A stretch of DNA of 64,000 nt from Balneola sp. (GCA_965222085.1 OZ244952.1:895079-959078); one strand, 5' to 3'; positions 28,613-39,970 are shown, counted from the stretch's first letter. Program-made: numbers and translations. Notes: generated from the sequence alone by a model not told the origin.

Positions 28613-31600
28613 ATGATTAAACGATTCATTTTTTCGTTACTACTTACAATTTTACTCTCATCTATTGCATTTTCTCAACGCGATTCGAAATCAGATGTTA
28701 AATTCTTAGGCGATCCTTCAATCTCTTCAAACGGAGACCTTGTATTTACTTACGATTCTGATTTGTGGGCAGTGAATAAAAATGGTGGTACCGCTGTTCG
28801 ATTAACTGCTATGGACGGCGAAGAAACCAATCCGAGTATTTCTCCGGATGGTAACTGGATCGCATTTACTTCAAATCAGTATGGTAATAACGATGTCTAC
28901 ATCATGCCTGCAAACGGCGGTGAGATAACTCAACTTACTTTCCATCAGGCTAACGATCAGGTGGAATCTTGGTCCTGGGATTCTAAAAAGATCTACTTCA
29001 ATTCAAACCGTTACAACAGAATTACTGCATTTGAGATCAGCCCTGAAGGCGGTACTCCTTCCCGACTATTTGGTCACTATCACAACACCGTTCATAATTT
29101 AGTGGAACACCCCACTTCCGGCGATTTCTACTTTAACGAATCATGGGAAAGCTTCATTTTTCCTCAGAGAAAACGTTATGTGGGTTCATTCAATCCTGAT
29201 ATTAAATCATACAATCCTAAAACGGATACTTATACCGAACACACTAGCTGGCAAGGAAAAGATTTCTCTCCTACTATCGACCGGGATGGAAAAGTGTATT
29301 TCGTTTCTGATGAAGCAAATAATGAGTACAACCTTTACAAACTGGAAAACGGGCAGAAAAAACAACTCACCAGATTCAATACTTCCATTTATAATCCGTC
29401 TGTAAGTCCAGACGGAAGCACTGTTGTTTTTGAGAGAGATTATGAGCTGTACAAATATGATGTCGCTACAAAAAATTCTACCAAAATAGATGTAACCATC
29501 ACTAAGAATAATACTCTTACGAAATCTCAGAGTTTTGATGTAAAGGATAATATCTCTGCTTTCGATGTTTCCCCCGACAAAAAGAAAATGGCTTTTCTTT
29601 CACGAGGAGAATTGTTTGTTTCTGATGCAGAAGGGAAATATGTTCGACAGATCGAGACCAATAACATGGGAAGAGTGCTAGAAGTAAAATGGCTGGCGGA
29701 TAACAAAACACTCATTTTCAATCAAACTGTGGATGGTTATCAGAACTGGTTTACAATTATAGCTGATGGAAATGGTGCTGAAAAACAACATACTTCCGAC
29801 AAAAGAAATAACAGAGACCTTGCATTGAATCACGATCGAACTGCCGGTGTTTATCTGAGCGGAAGAGATCAACTTCGACATATCGATCTTGAGAATTTCA
29901 AAAGCAAAACGTTGGTTGAAGATGAATTTTGGGGTTTCCAAAATGTAGCACCGATGTTTTCACCAAATGGCGAATATGTACTATTCAGTGCTAAACGTAA
30001 TTTTGAGCTGGATATCTTTGTTCATCATCTTGACTCAGAAAGAACCATGAATCTTACTAATACCGGTGTAGATGAAAACGGAGCCTTTTGGTCGCCTGAC
30101 GGCAAATACATTTACTATACAGGAAGTCGCAGTGTTCCTTCCTATCCAAGAGGAGCCGGAGAAACTGACCTTTTCAGAATTCCATTAGATTATTACGACG
30201 ATCCTTACAAATCCAGTTTATTTGATGAACTCTTTGCTGAAAAAGAGAAAGGAAACGAAGACTCAAAAGACGACAAAGAAGAGGAAGAAAAACTCACTAT
30301 CGAAATCAATACTACGAATCTCATGCAACGGGTTGAACAAGTAGGTGAAGGTTTTGGGGATCAATTTGGCCCATTTGCTACTCAAAAAGGTGATAAATCT
30401 ATGGTGCTGTATGGAAGCAATCATAACGAAGGTGATTTCACACTTTCTGTTACCACCTTTGAACCTTTTGAACAACCAAAGACTCAAAGTTTTGAAGGAA
30501 CCGGGTTTGTTTCCGGGATCATTGATGTGGACGGACAACTTTATGGTCTTTCCAGAAGATCAATCAATAAACTGGATCCTTCTTCTGCTAAAGCAACCAA
30601 GATAAATATATCCCATTCCTTTGAACGAAATCTCCAGAATGAGTTCTATCAAATGTTTGACGAGTTATGGGCGAATATTGAAGAGAACTTCTACAATGAA
30701 ACTTTCCATGGGATAGACTGGAAGAAAATCAGAGACAGGTACAAAAAATATCTGCCTTATATTGATTCCCGTGCCGATCTGCGCCGAATGAATAATGATA
30801 TGCTCGGAGAACTCAATTCTTCTCACATGGGGTTCAACACATTCGGGAATGAAGAAAACCAATATTACTCCACAGTTTCTATGGCTGCCGGAATAGTTTG
30901 GCATAAAGAAAATCCATATCAGGTTTCTGAAATAATTGAAACCGGACCTGTTCACATTTCAGGTAACGATGTAAAAGCTGGAGATGAACTTATAGCTGTA
31001 AACGGAAAGGCTGTTGACGCAACAATGAATCGTGAAATGTATTTTAGCGTACCATCCATGCCGGAAGAAGTCACCCTCACTTTTAAAAACAGTAATTCCA
31101 CCTTTGACGTCAAGATCCACCCGACATCCTACTTTTCTGACCGCAATGATCTGTATGATGAGTGGGTTTCAGAAAACCAGAAAATGGTGGATGAAAAAAC
31201 GGACAAAAAAGTCGCCTATGTTCATATGAAAAATATGGGCGGAGGCGAATTGAATAACTTTTTGATCGAAATGACTTCTGAAGCTTACAATCGTGATGCA
31301 TTGATCTTTGATCTGCGTTACAACACCGGTGGCAACGTACACGATGATGTGCTTCGCTTCTTATCTCAAAAGCAGTACGCAAACTGGGCATATCGTGGTG
31401 GTGAGTTGGCTCCTCAGTCAAATTTTGCACCAGCTGATAAACCCATTATTCTCCTGATCAATGAGCAGTCGCTCTCAGATGCCGAAGTTACTGCTGAAGG
31501 ATTTAAGCAATTGGGACTGGGAACTGTGATAGGAACCGAAACGTATAGATGGATCATTTTTACTTCCGGTAAAGGATTAGTTGACGGTTCATTTTACAGA

Positions 31601-31765
31601 TTACCGTCTTGGGGATTATATACTCTGGATGGTGAAAATATTGAACAAACGGGCGTTGCTCCTGATATTGAAATTCATAATACGTTCAAAGACCGAGTAA
31701 ATGGAAACGATCCTCAATTAGAAAAAGCAATTCAGGAAATATTAAATCAACTGGAAAATGAGTAA
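28613..31765 (+). CDS. Tricorn-protease-like S41 peptidase (beta-propellers + PDZ + S41)
   Basis: 1050 aa. TolB-like repeats (SISSNGDLVFTYDSDLWAV, PSISPDGNWIAFTSNQYGNNDVYIM), a PDZ region, and a C-terminal S41 region (IDLRYNTGGN, LINEQSLSDAE). Confidence 0.85.
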   Translation: MIKRFIFSLLLTILLSSIAFSQRDSKSDVKFLGDPSISSNGDLVFTYDSDLWAVNKNGGTAVRLTAMDGEETNPSISPDGNWIAFTSNQYGNNDVYIMPANGGEITQLTFHQANDQVESWSWDSKKIYFNSNRYNRITAFEISPEGGTPSRLFGHYHNTVHNLVEHPTSGDFYFNESWESFIFPQRKRYVGSFNPDIKSYNPKTDTYTEHTSWQGKDFSPTIDRDGKVYFVSDEANNEYNLYKLENGQKKQLTRFNTSIYNPSVSPDGSTVVFERDYELYKYDVATKNSTKIDVTITKNNTLTKSQSFDVKDNISAFDVSPDKKKMAFLSRGELFVSDAEGKYVRQIETNNMGRVLEVKWLADNKTLIFNQTVDGYQNWFTIIADGNGAEKQHTSDKRNNRDLALNHDRTAGVYLSGRDQLRHIDLENFKSKTLVEDEFWGFQNVAPMFSPNGEYVLFSAKRNFELDIFVHHLDSERTMNLTNTGVDENGAFWSPDGKYIYYTGSRSVPSYPRGAGETDLFRIPLDYYDDPYKSSLFDELFAEKEKGNEDSKDDKEEEEKLTIEINTTNLMQRVEQVGEGFGDQFGPFATQKGDKSMVLYGSNHNEGDFTLSVTTFEPFEQPKTQSFEGTGFVSGIIDVDGQLYGLSRRSINKLDPSSAKATKINISHSFERNLQNEFYQMFDELWANIEENFYNETFHGIDWKKIRDRYKKYLPYIDSRADLRRMNNDMLGELNSSHMGFNTFGNEENQYYSTVSMAAGIVWHKENPYQVSEIIETGPVHISGNDVKAGDELIAVNGKAVDATMNREMYFSVPSMPEEVTLTFKNSNSTFDVKIHPTSYFSDRNDLYDEWVSENQKMVDEKTDKKVAYVHMKNMGGGELNNFLIEMTSEAYNRDALIFDLRYNTGGNVHDDVLRFLSQKQYANWAYRGGELAPQSNFAPADKPIILLINEQSLSDAEVTAEGFKQLGLGTVIGTETYRWIIFTSGKGLVDGSFYRLPSWGLYTLDGENIEQTGVAPDIEIHNTFKDRVNGNDPQLEKAIQEILNQLENE

Positions 31766-31927
31766 TGGTTTTTAGCCGGAAAAATTTCTGTTGCATTCTA
31801 AAAATCTAACCCTTAATCTTCAAGCAATGAAATTAACAAACCAATATATCGCCCGGGAAATGATGTGTATGTGTTGCTATATGCGAACACTTCACTAGGG
31901 CTTTTATATTTTAGAAAAGAAATTTTC

Positions 31928-31966
31928 AAAGTCCTTTAGAGTGTATGATCTGAAGGACTTTTTTAT
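31928..31966 (+). terminator. Rho-independent terminator downstream of the protease gene
   Basis: AAAGTCCTT (31928-31936) pairs with AAGGACTTT (31953-31961) and is followed by a T-run. Confidence 0.75.
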
Positions 31967-32003
31967 TGGCTGTTAGTTTCATTCGTTCTTTAACATCATG
32001 CAT

Positions 32004-32190
32004 TCTCATCGAGAAAGGTGGAGGGATCAGGTCCTTTGAAGCCTTGGCAACCGTCTTGTACAAATTTTGTGCAGGGAAAGGTGCTACATCCTGCTTAGTG
32101 CAAATGTTGTACTGAGAAAGATGAGTGCGAAGAGCCCTGCTGTTTTTGTATGCCTCTTTCGGACTCATCCCCGAAAGGGGCTTTTTTATT
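32004..32190 (+). promoter_or_regulatory. SAM-I (S-box) riboswitch with terminator expression platform
   Basis: P1 is CTCATC...GATGAG (32006-32125). Conserved blocks are GGTGGAGGGA, GGTCCTTTGAAGCC, GGCAACC, GGTGCTACATCC and AGAAAGATGAG. The terminator is GCCTCTTTCGG (32152-32162) paired with CCGAAAGGGGC (32171-32181) plus T6. Its loop ACTCATCC can compete for the 3' strand of P1. Confidence 0.92.
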
Positions 32191-32198
32191 AATTATAA

Positions 32199-33533
<1,335 letters not shown>

Positions 33534-33555
33534 TCTATTCAGACAAGGAATTTTT

Positions 33556-34587
33556 ATGAGCAAAAAACCTAATATCACAAAAATCGATCAAGCCCGGACT
33601 ACTGAATCCGGGTTTGAATTTCCTTCCATAGACATTGCCTGGAATAGTTGGGGAACACTCAACGAAACAAAGGATAATGTGATTCTTATCTGCCATGCTT
33701 TAAGCGGAAACTCTAATGCTAAAGACTGGTTTTCGGGTCTTTTTGAATCTAAAGGAATTATTGATCTTGACCGACACTTTGTTCTGTGTATTAATGATCT
33801 GGGCAGTTGTTACGGGTCAACCGGACCCACTTCTGTTTCACCTTTAACCGGGAAACCCTATCAGGCAGATTTTCCTGAAATTACCATTCGGGATATTGTA
33901 AAACATCAACAATTACTGCTTGATCATCTTGGCATCAACGGTATAGAGTTGGCAATTGGCGGTTCGATGGGCGGCATGGTAGCGTTGGAATTTGGATTAA
34001 TGGATCCAAGAATCCAATCTTTAGCTTTACTTGCTATGGGGAAATCTCACACTCCCTGGGCTATAGGAATCAGTCATGCACAAAGAAAAGCTATTTATGC
34101 TGATGAACATTGGCAAGATGGATTTTATGACCACAAAGTTCCTCCACAGAAAGGTTTATCTGCTGCCAGAGCACTTGCCATGATCACTTACCGTTCTCCT
34201 CAAAATTATGGACTCAAATTCCGAAGAGACTTCAGTAAGAATAAAAATCAGTTTGAGGTGGAATCTTATTTAGACTATCAGGGAGAAAAACTCTCTTCCA
34301 GGTTTGATGCCAACGCATATATCACTTTAACAAAAGCTATGGACTCGCATGATGTATCAAGAAACCGTGGTTCTTTTAGAGAAGTCTTAAGCTCGTTGAC
34401 AACACCTTGTTTAGTCCTTGGGGTTGACTCTGACCTTCTTTATCCGATAGCTGAGCAACAAGAACTTGCCGAATTATTTCCTAATTCAGAGTTCAAAAAA
34501 ATCCATTCCGATTACGGTCATGATGCTTTTTTGATCGAATTCGAACAAATCAATAAGCATCTGACATCATTTTATCATTCTATTTAA
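33556..34587 (+). CDS. metX: Homoserine O-acetyltransferase
   Basis: Alpha/beta hydrolase with ICHALSG and the GGSMGGM nucleophile elbow. ATG at 33556 is preferred over the TTG at 33520 listed in the ORF track. Confidence 0.9.
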   Translation: MSKKPNITKIDQARTTESGFEFPSIDIAWNSWGTLNETKDNVILICHALSGNSNAKDWFSGLFESKGIIDLDRHFVLCINDLGSCYGSTGPTSVSPLTGKPYQADFPEITIRDIVKHQQLLLDHLGINGIELAIGGSMGGMVALEFGLMDPRIQSLALLAMGKSHTPWAIGISHAQRKAIYADEHWQDGFYDHKVPPQKGLSAARALAMITYRSPQNYGLKFRRDFSKNKNQFEVESYLDYQGEKLSSRFDANAYITLTKAMDSHDVSRNRGSFREVLSSLTTPCLVLGVDSDLLYPIAEQQELAELFPNSEFKKIHSDYGHDAFLIEFEQINKHLTSFYHSI

Positions 34588-34594
34588 TACCCCT

Positions 34595-35686
34595 ATGAGC
34601 ATCATACTTAATTCAATTACCGGAAAAAACATATCCATTTATAAGAGCAAAAAAACTATTCCTGTTTTTATTGCCGGAAACGGAGCAATTGGCGGCACTC
34701 TCATCCGACAAATCAATCATCTTAATAATGCTCTGTTCCAAGTTAAAATTGTTGGCGTTTGTAACAGCAAAAAAGTGATCTGGAATCCTGATCCGGATTT
34801 ATTTCATGAAAAACTTAAATATTCCGATGAAGAAACCAACTGGGAAAATATTACAAACAAACTCGCTCTTTATCCTGAAGGACTCATTTTCGTTGATGCA
34901 ACGGGAAGCGAAATTGTAGCCCGTCAATATCTGAAACTTCTTACTCAGGGAATTCATATTACTACACCCAGCAAAAGAGCGAACACATTTGAACAGAGTT
35001 ATTTTGAGGAACTTAAAATTTTTCAAAAACCGGGAAAAGCACAATATAAATACGAAACTGCTGTAGGCGCCGGACTTCCGGTCATCAACACTATTAATAA
35101 TTTGATTGAATCAGGCGATTCCATTACAAAAATAACCGGTGTAGTTTCAGGTACAATGACCTACATATTTAATCAACTACAACAAGGAGTTCCTTTTAGT
35201 GAGATCATTAAAAGTGCAAAAAAGGAAGGATATTCCGAACCTGACCCAAGAGACGATCTGTCCGGAGAGGATGTAGCCCGTAAGTTTTTAATAATGGCCA
35301 GAACCTGTGGATATAAATTTGAAAGAGATCAAATTAAGGTAGAATCATTGGTTCCAAAAGAACTCATAGATTATCAGATCAACGGTTTTTTAGATCATCT
35401 CTCTTTTTATGATGATCATTGGAAGAACAGAAACTCGCAGGCACTATTAAACAATAAACGTCTTCGTTATACCGGAGAATTTACTCCCGATGGAATTGAA
35501 ATCGGAATTAAAGAAGTGCCCACAGATTCTCCTTTAGGAGGATTGAGAAAAACGGATAATCTTATTCAGATCTATTCAGAACGGTATTCCGATTCTCCCA
35601 TTGTAATTCAGGGACCCGGAGCTGGAAAAGAAGTAACTGCTGCAGGGGTTTTGAGTGATATCATTGAGATAGCCAAAGCTGTTTAA
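34595..35686 (+). CDS. hom: Homoserine dehydrogenase (ThrA C-terminal-domain type)
   Basis: GNGAIGGTL Rossmann motif, then AGLPVINTINNLIESGD and GVVSGTMTYIFN. It is the last gene of the riboswitch-controlled operon. Confidence 0.8.
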   Translation: MSIILNSITGKNISIYKSKKTIPVFIAGNGAIGGTLIRQINHLNNALFQVKIVGVCNSKKVIWNPDPDLFHEKLKYSDEETNWENITNKLALYPEGLIFVDATGSEIVARQYLKLLTQGIHITTPSKRANTFEQSYFEELKIFQKPGKAQYKYETAVGAGLPVINTINNLIESGDSITKITGVVSGTMTYIFNQLQQGVPFSEIIKSAKKEGYSEPDPRDDLSGEDVARKFLIMARTCGYKFERDQIKVESLVPKELIDYQINGFLDHLSFYDDHWKNRNSQALLNNKRLRYTGEFTPDGIEIGIKEVPTDSPLGGLRKTDNLIQIYSERYSDSPIVIQGPGAGKEVTAAGVLSDIIEIAKAV

Positions 35687-35748
35687 CCAAGTACTTTCAA
35701 TATGCCCGAAATCTATTATTTTGAAAGCAACAAAAATAAACTGCCCGA

Positions 35749-36876
35749 ATGAAAAAAATATATCTACTCAGCTTCCTGCTTTTGCTTTCTGCCAACCTTC
35801 TATCACAGGAAAAAAAGAATGCACGTGAATATGGAATTAAGATTGGAATTCTTACTCCCGGTTTAAATAATGCTATAACAGATGTGGAAGGTGTTCTTGT
35901 GGGACATACTACTCTGATTGAAGGCGAAGCAACACGGACAGGAGTAACCATGATTTTACCTCATTCAGGCAACTTATTCACAGACCGGGTTCCGGCTGCT
36001 GTATTTGTTGGAAATGGATTTGGGAAAGCGGTTGGTTTTACCCAAATAGAGGAACTTGGAGAAATAGAAACGCCAATCGGATTAACAAATACATTAAGTA
36101 TTCATACGGTTGCAAATGCTATAACTGATTATGTGCTTCAGCAAAATCAAAATGTATATTCAGTAAATCCCGTTGTTGGAGAAACTAATGACGGTTACCT
36201 GAATGATATTCGGTCTCGTGCTGTAAATTTTGAACATGTCTATCAAGCTATTCAGAATGCAAGATCAGGAGAAGTGCAACAAGGCAATGTTGGTGCCGGC
36301 ACAGGTACAAGAGCTTTAGGATATAAAGGAGGAATAGGGACTTCTTCCAGAAAATTACCTGAACGATTTGGCGGTTATACTGTTGGCGTCTTAGTGCAGT
36401 CAAATTTTGGTGGAGTTCTTACTATTGACGGAGCTCCCGTGGGAGAGGAATTAAAAAACCACTATTTATCCAGTATTGTACCCTACGATGTAGATGGTTC
36501 TGTTATGATCATTGTAGCAACTGACGCCCCAATTACTTCCCGAAATCTTAAACGATTGGCAAAAAGAGCTTTTCTCGGAATATCGAGAATTGGTGGATTT
36601 GCAAGCAATGGAAGTGGTGATTACGTAATAGCATTTTCAACGCATCCTGAAGTCCGCAACAAATTAGATCATCCAACACCTGTAAAATCAATTGCTGAAC
36701 TGGATAACAATGCTACCTCCCCTCTTTTTCTTGCTGCAGTTGAAGCTACAGAAGAAGCTATTTTAAACTCATTGTTCCATGCGGAAGCGATGAAAGGAGA
36801 TCATGGAACACAGGGAGCTTTACCTGTCGAAAAAGTTTTGGAGATACTTCGAAAATACAATCTTCTGGAAAAGTAA
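35749..36876 (+). CDS. P1/S58 (DmpA-type) aminopeptidase
   Basis: Signal peptide, ITDVEGVLVGHTTL, TGVTMIL and the self-processing-region motif GNVGAGTGT. Confidence 0.8.
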   Translation: MKKIYLLSFLLLLSANLLSQEKKNAREYGIKIGILTPGLNNAITDVEGVLVGHTTLIEGEATRTGVTMILPHSGNLFTDRVPAAVFVGNGFGKAVGFTQIEELGEIETPIGLTNTLSIHTVANAITDYVLQQNQNVYSVNPVVGETNDGYLNDIRSRAVNFEHVYQAIQNARSGEVQQGNVGAGTGTRALGYKGGIGTSSRKLPERFGGYTVGVLVQSNFGGVLTIDGAPVGEELKNHYLSSIVPYDVDGSVMIIVATDAPITSRNLKRLAKRAFLGISRIGGFASNGSGDYVIAFSTHPEVRNKLDHPTPVKSIAELDNNATSPLFLAAVEATEEAILNSLFHAEAMKGDHGTQGALPVEKVLEILRKYNLLEK

Positions 36877-36913
36877 TATCAGACTAATTTTGAAACCATC
36901 AATTTAAGTCCAT

Positions 36914-36948
36914 AAAAAAACCATTCCTCTTTCGAAGAATGGTTTCTC
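36914..36948. terminator. Bidirectional terminator between convergent genes
   Basis: AAAAAAACCATTC...GAATGGTTTCT hairpin flanked by an A-run and T-rich sequence. Confidence 0.65.
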
Positions 36949-36979
36949 TCTCTTACCAGCTGCCATTAATACTGTCAAA

Positions 36980-37474
36980 TTAACGGCGCTTTCTTACCAA
37001 AGCCTGTCGCTTCATTTTTTGAACTCTGTCGGGCATTGTATCGAACTTAATTTTTTGCTCATCATTCAACAATGCTCTGATCTCTCCTTTCTTTGCAATG
37101 TGAATTTTATGGATGCTCGCCTGAAGATCACCCATTTCATCAGCTACTTTATTGAGTGCTGCAACATCATAAGTGTCACCGGATGAAAGAGTTCGTAGTC
37201 TTGCTCTTTTCTCTCTTAATTGATTTTCTAAGGGAAGACTTTCTTGCTTTCCTTCCAGCATAATGCCTTTTATTTGCTCTTTTTGATCTTCACTCAGATC
37301 TAATTTGACCACCATAGGCTGCTGCCCTCTTCGCATTTGTCCTTGTTGTCCGCCTCTTTTTTCGATGCGGTCTTTAACTACTTTGCGTTTTTCTTGTTGA
37401 TCATTTCTCTGCGCCTGAACGGATAGTGTTCCAATAAGCAACAAAAGAAATGCGGTTGTTAAAATTCTTCTCAT
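36980..37474 (-). CDS. Spy/CpxP-family periplasmic chaperone (LTxxQ)
   Basis: Signal peptide. LSEDQKEQIK and LNDEQKIKF are LTxxQ-like motifs, and the sequence is helical and basic. Confidence 0.75.
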   Translation of the reverse strand: MRRILTTAFLLLLIGTLSVQAQRNDQQEKRKVVKDRIEKRGGQQGQMRRGQQPMVVKLDLSEDQKEQIKGIMLEGKQESLPLENQLREKRARLRTLSSGDTYDVAALNKVADEMGDLQASIHKIHIAKKGEIRALLNDEQKIKFDTMPDRVQKMKRQALVRKRR

Positions 37475-37560
37475 GACTGTCTCCTGTTTTGATGATTATT
37501 TATTTTTGTACCTTGTACACTTCATTAGAAGAAAACCCCTAACAAAACTTGTGGTCATCC

Positions 37561-38124
37561 ATGAAATTTTTTCTAAGTCTGCTACTTTTATTTCTGTTCA
37601 GCCAAAATCAGCAAGCTCAAAACTGGTTGATCACTCAGGAAGACTGGGGCGGCACTGATTCTGTTGATTCAAGTCTGGAGCATGAAATATCTTATATCAC
37701 TATTCACCATGGTGGAGAGATATTTCCTGACGAAAAAAATACAGTTACTTATTTGCAGAATTTACAAAAATGGAGTCGCTCTGACCGGAAATGGAATGAC
37801 ATTCCCTACCATTACGTAATTGCACGGGACGGTAAAATTTATGAAGGCAGACCTCTGAATTATCGTGGTGATACTAATACAACATACGATCCAACCGGAC
37901 ATGCACTTGTTGTGTTACTCGGAAATTTTGAGGAGCAGGAAGTAAAGTCCAAACAAATTGAATCTCTTAAAACTGTTACCGCATATTTAGCAAAGCAAGA
38001 ATCAGTTCCTGCCGAAAAGGTCAAAACCCATAAAGACTATGCGGAAACACTTTGTCCGGGTAAAAAGCTGACTGGTTATTTAAATACCCGAGATTGGAAT
38101 TCCTTTTTAAACAGGCTGGATTAA
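37561..38124 (+). CDS. N-acetylmuramoyl-L-alanine amidase (PGRP/Amidase_2)
   Basis: Signal peptide from ATG 37561. ITIHHGG, IPYHYVI and a C-terminal TLCPG zinc ligand context. Confidence 0.8.
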   Translation: MKFFLSLLLLFLFSQNQQAQNWLITQEDWGGTDSVDSSLEHEISYITIHHGGEIFPDEKNTVTYLQNLQKWSRSDRKWNDIPYHYVIARDGKIYEGRPLNYRGDTNTTYDPTGHALVVLLGNFEEQEVKSKQIESLKTVTAYLAKQESVPAEKVKTHKDYAETLCPGKKLTGYLNTRDWNSFLNRLD

Positions 38125-38140
38125 AGGAAGAAAAAACCTT

Positions 38141-38196
38141 AGCTCTTTCAGTTTTCCAATTTGAAAATTTAGCATAGGAAGTCGGTGACTTCCATT
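38141..38196 (+). repeat. REP-like double-hairpin element, copy 1
   Basis: AGCTCTTTCAG...GGAAGTCGGTGACTTCCATT. The second hairpin GGAAGTC/GACTTCC is perfect and the first is degenerate. Confidence 0.8.
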
Positions 38197-38276
38197 TTCT
38201 GTTTAGTTAAGTCTCGCATTCACTGTACTATTTAAAGATAAGCTAGAATTAACACCTTTAAGCCTTAAAAAAGTTA

Positions 38277-38328
38277 GGAACTTGCTTAGCTACTACTCTT
38301 TAAATCATAGACTTAAGAGAGCTTGGGG
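38277..38328 (-). repeat. REP-like double-hairpin element, copy 2 (inverted, degenerate)
   Basis: GGAACTTGCTTAGCTACTACTCTTTAAATCATAGACTTAAGAGAGCTTGGGG aligns with copy 5 at 43967-44025. Confidence 0.75.
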
Positions 38329-38339
38329 TAATAGTAATC

Positions 38340-38942
38340 CTAATCCCCAGAAATATTCATTTCTCGCATTTGTATTTCTTGGTCCCATACAGGACCATCC
38401 CAGAACCGAATATCTCCTAGATTATATTTATAGCGACTTTCACCTTCGTGATTCTTAATCTTTATAAGATCAATAAAATAACGCTGGTGGATTTTCTTAG
38501 AAATTAAGTCATAAGTTGGATAACTATTAAGATTCATAATTCGGAACCATCTGATATCCCAATAGTCCAACGTATCCGTTCTTTCTGCCAAAAAAGCTTT
38601 TGCATCAAAATGTGTTTCTTTATAATTGTTCATTCCAACAACTGCGCTATTTGGTTTTTTTAATATCACAAAAAATACTGCCTTTAGTCGATTTGGACTA
38701 TAAATCAAAGTATCAATATAAATTTGCGAAGTATATGAGTAACTAATGGGATAAAATCCACTCTCTCTGCTTTCAACTAATTCATGGATTTGTTTAATAA
38801 ATGCAAGGGAGTCTTCATAATAAATATTATTTGGTACTAACGTAGTATTTCTGAACTCAGGTGGAGTCGTATTACTATTATTACAACCAGTAATTATTAC
38901 TAAAACTAAGATTATCAGTCTTTGCATGCTATACATACCCAT
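38340..38942 (-). CDS. Hypothetical lipoprotein
   Basis: Lipobox VIITGCNN. No recognisable family, and REP-like repeats lie on both sides. Confidence 0.6.
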   Translation of the reverse strand: MGMYSMQRLIILVLVIITGCNNSNTTPPEFRNTTLVPNNIYYEDSLAFIKQIHELVESRESGFYPISYSYTSQIYIDTLIYSPNRLKAVFFVILKKPNSAVVGMNNYKETHFDAKAFLAERTDTLDYWDIRWFRIMNLNSYPTYDLISKKIHQRYFIDLIKIKNHEGESRYKYNLGDIRFWDGPVWDQEIQMREMNISGD

Positions 38943-38962
38943 TGTTACTTTTTTATTCCCAC

Positions 38963-39019
38963 AGCTCTTTCAAGCTTATAACCTGAAAGTATTAGCACAG
39001 GAAGTCTGTGACTTCCATT
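38963..39019 (+). repeat. REP-like double-hairpin element, copy 3
   Basis: AGCTCTTTCAAGCTTATAACCTGAAAGTATTAGCACAGGAAGTCTGTGACTTCCATT. Confidence 0.85.
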
Positions 39020-39084
39020 CTATTCATTTTCAGTGTAGTTAACCCTACTTTATAGCAACAAGTTAATCCAGATTGAGAAACAGG

Positions 39085-39777
39085 CTACCTGTTATAAGCT
39101 TTTATCGCTTTTCTGGTAAGTTCCTTTTTCTGGAAATGTGGAATCCAGGAGCTTCCTGAAATCACTACTAAACCGACAATTGCTCCCGTGGGATCCAGTT
39201 CATCACTATCTGCCTGAGAAGTCAGAGAAGCTGCTCCGATCGCAACTCCTGCCAGAATACCTAAAACCTGAATCCCGGTCATTCCATCTCTTTTCTTCAG
39301 ATATTCCATACTCTCCGGATTATCAAATAAAGCTCTTTTCAAATTTCGTGCATTGGCCTTTTGTAACTCACCATCGTCTTTTGAAAAGTACTCAACTTGA
39401 GTGCTTTGCATTCCTCCACCCACAAACATAGATGTACCATTCGGACCGGGAACAAAAGACCCTCCTCCTCCATACGTTTGAGTTCTCGTATAAAGATCTA
39501 TATTTCCTTTTTCTAACCGTTTTGCGAAACTATCCCCATAACCACTATACATTCTTCGAAAATATCCATCGGTTGTTTGGTAGGCATGTACTTGAGATAG
39601 TGGAATTTCGGTGGTATCGTTTACAATTATTTTGGAGGATTTAAACAGTTTATTACTCAGTTCTATTTTCCCTCTGATTATTGTGCTATCCTTCAGTTCC
39701 ACAAAATTTCGGTATTGAGCTGAAACTGATACCGTGAATAAAAAAAGAACAGCGAAACAAATATATACCTTTCTCAT
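39085..39777 (-). CDS. Hypothetical secreted/membrane protein
   Basis: Signal peptide MRKVYICFAVLFLFTVSVSAQ, a Gly-rich centre and two C-terminal hydrophobic segments. No recognisable family. Confidence 0.6.
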   Translation of the reverse strand: MRKVYICFAVLFLFTVSVSAQYRNFVELKDSTIIRGKIELSNKLFKSSKIIVNDTTEIPLSQVHAYQTTDGYFRRMYSGYGDSFAKRLEKGNIDLYTRTQTYGGGGSFVPGPNGTSMFVGGGMQSTQVEYFSKDDGELQKANARNLKRALFDNPESMEYLKKRDGMTGIQVLGILAGVAIGAASLTSQADSDELDPTGAIVGLVVISGSSWIPHFQKKELTRKAIKAYNR

Positions 39778-39905
39778 AACCTAGCTTTTAAAATTTGAAG
39801 AATATATAAAAGCCTGGTCTTTAATTCCTATTAATTTTGAATTTAGAAAGGTCTAGAGTCGGGTAAAAATCTTTTGGCTTTCATACCTCCCTTGTCACAC
39901 ACAAA

Positions 39906-39939
39906 AAAGCCACATCAATCAGTGACTAATGTGGCTTTT
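39906..39939 (-). terminator. Rho-independent terminator downstream of the tRNA fragment
   Basis: AAGCCACAT pairs with ATGTGGCTT. On the minus strand the hairpin is followed by TTTTTTGTGTG. Confidence 0.75.
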
Positions 39940-39970
39940 GGAATTTGATATTTGTCATTTAAGACAAAAG

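Noticed and set aside
31926-32168. 80-aa minus-strand ORF
   Set aside because: It overlaps the SAM-I riboswitch and a terminator. The RNA element explains the conservation-like structure far better.
35697-35951. 84-aa minus-strand ORF overlapping the start of the DmpA-like gene
   Set aside because: It is antisense to a well-supported CDS with a signal peptide, and no motif was found.
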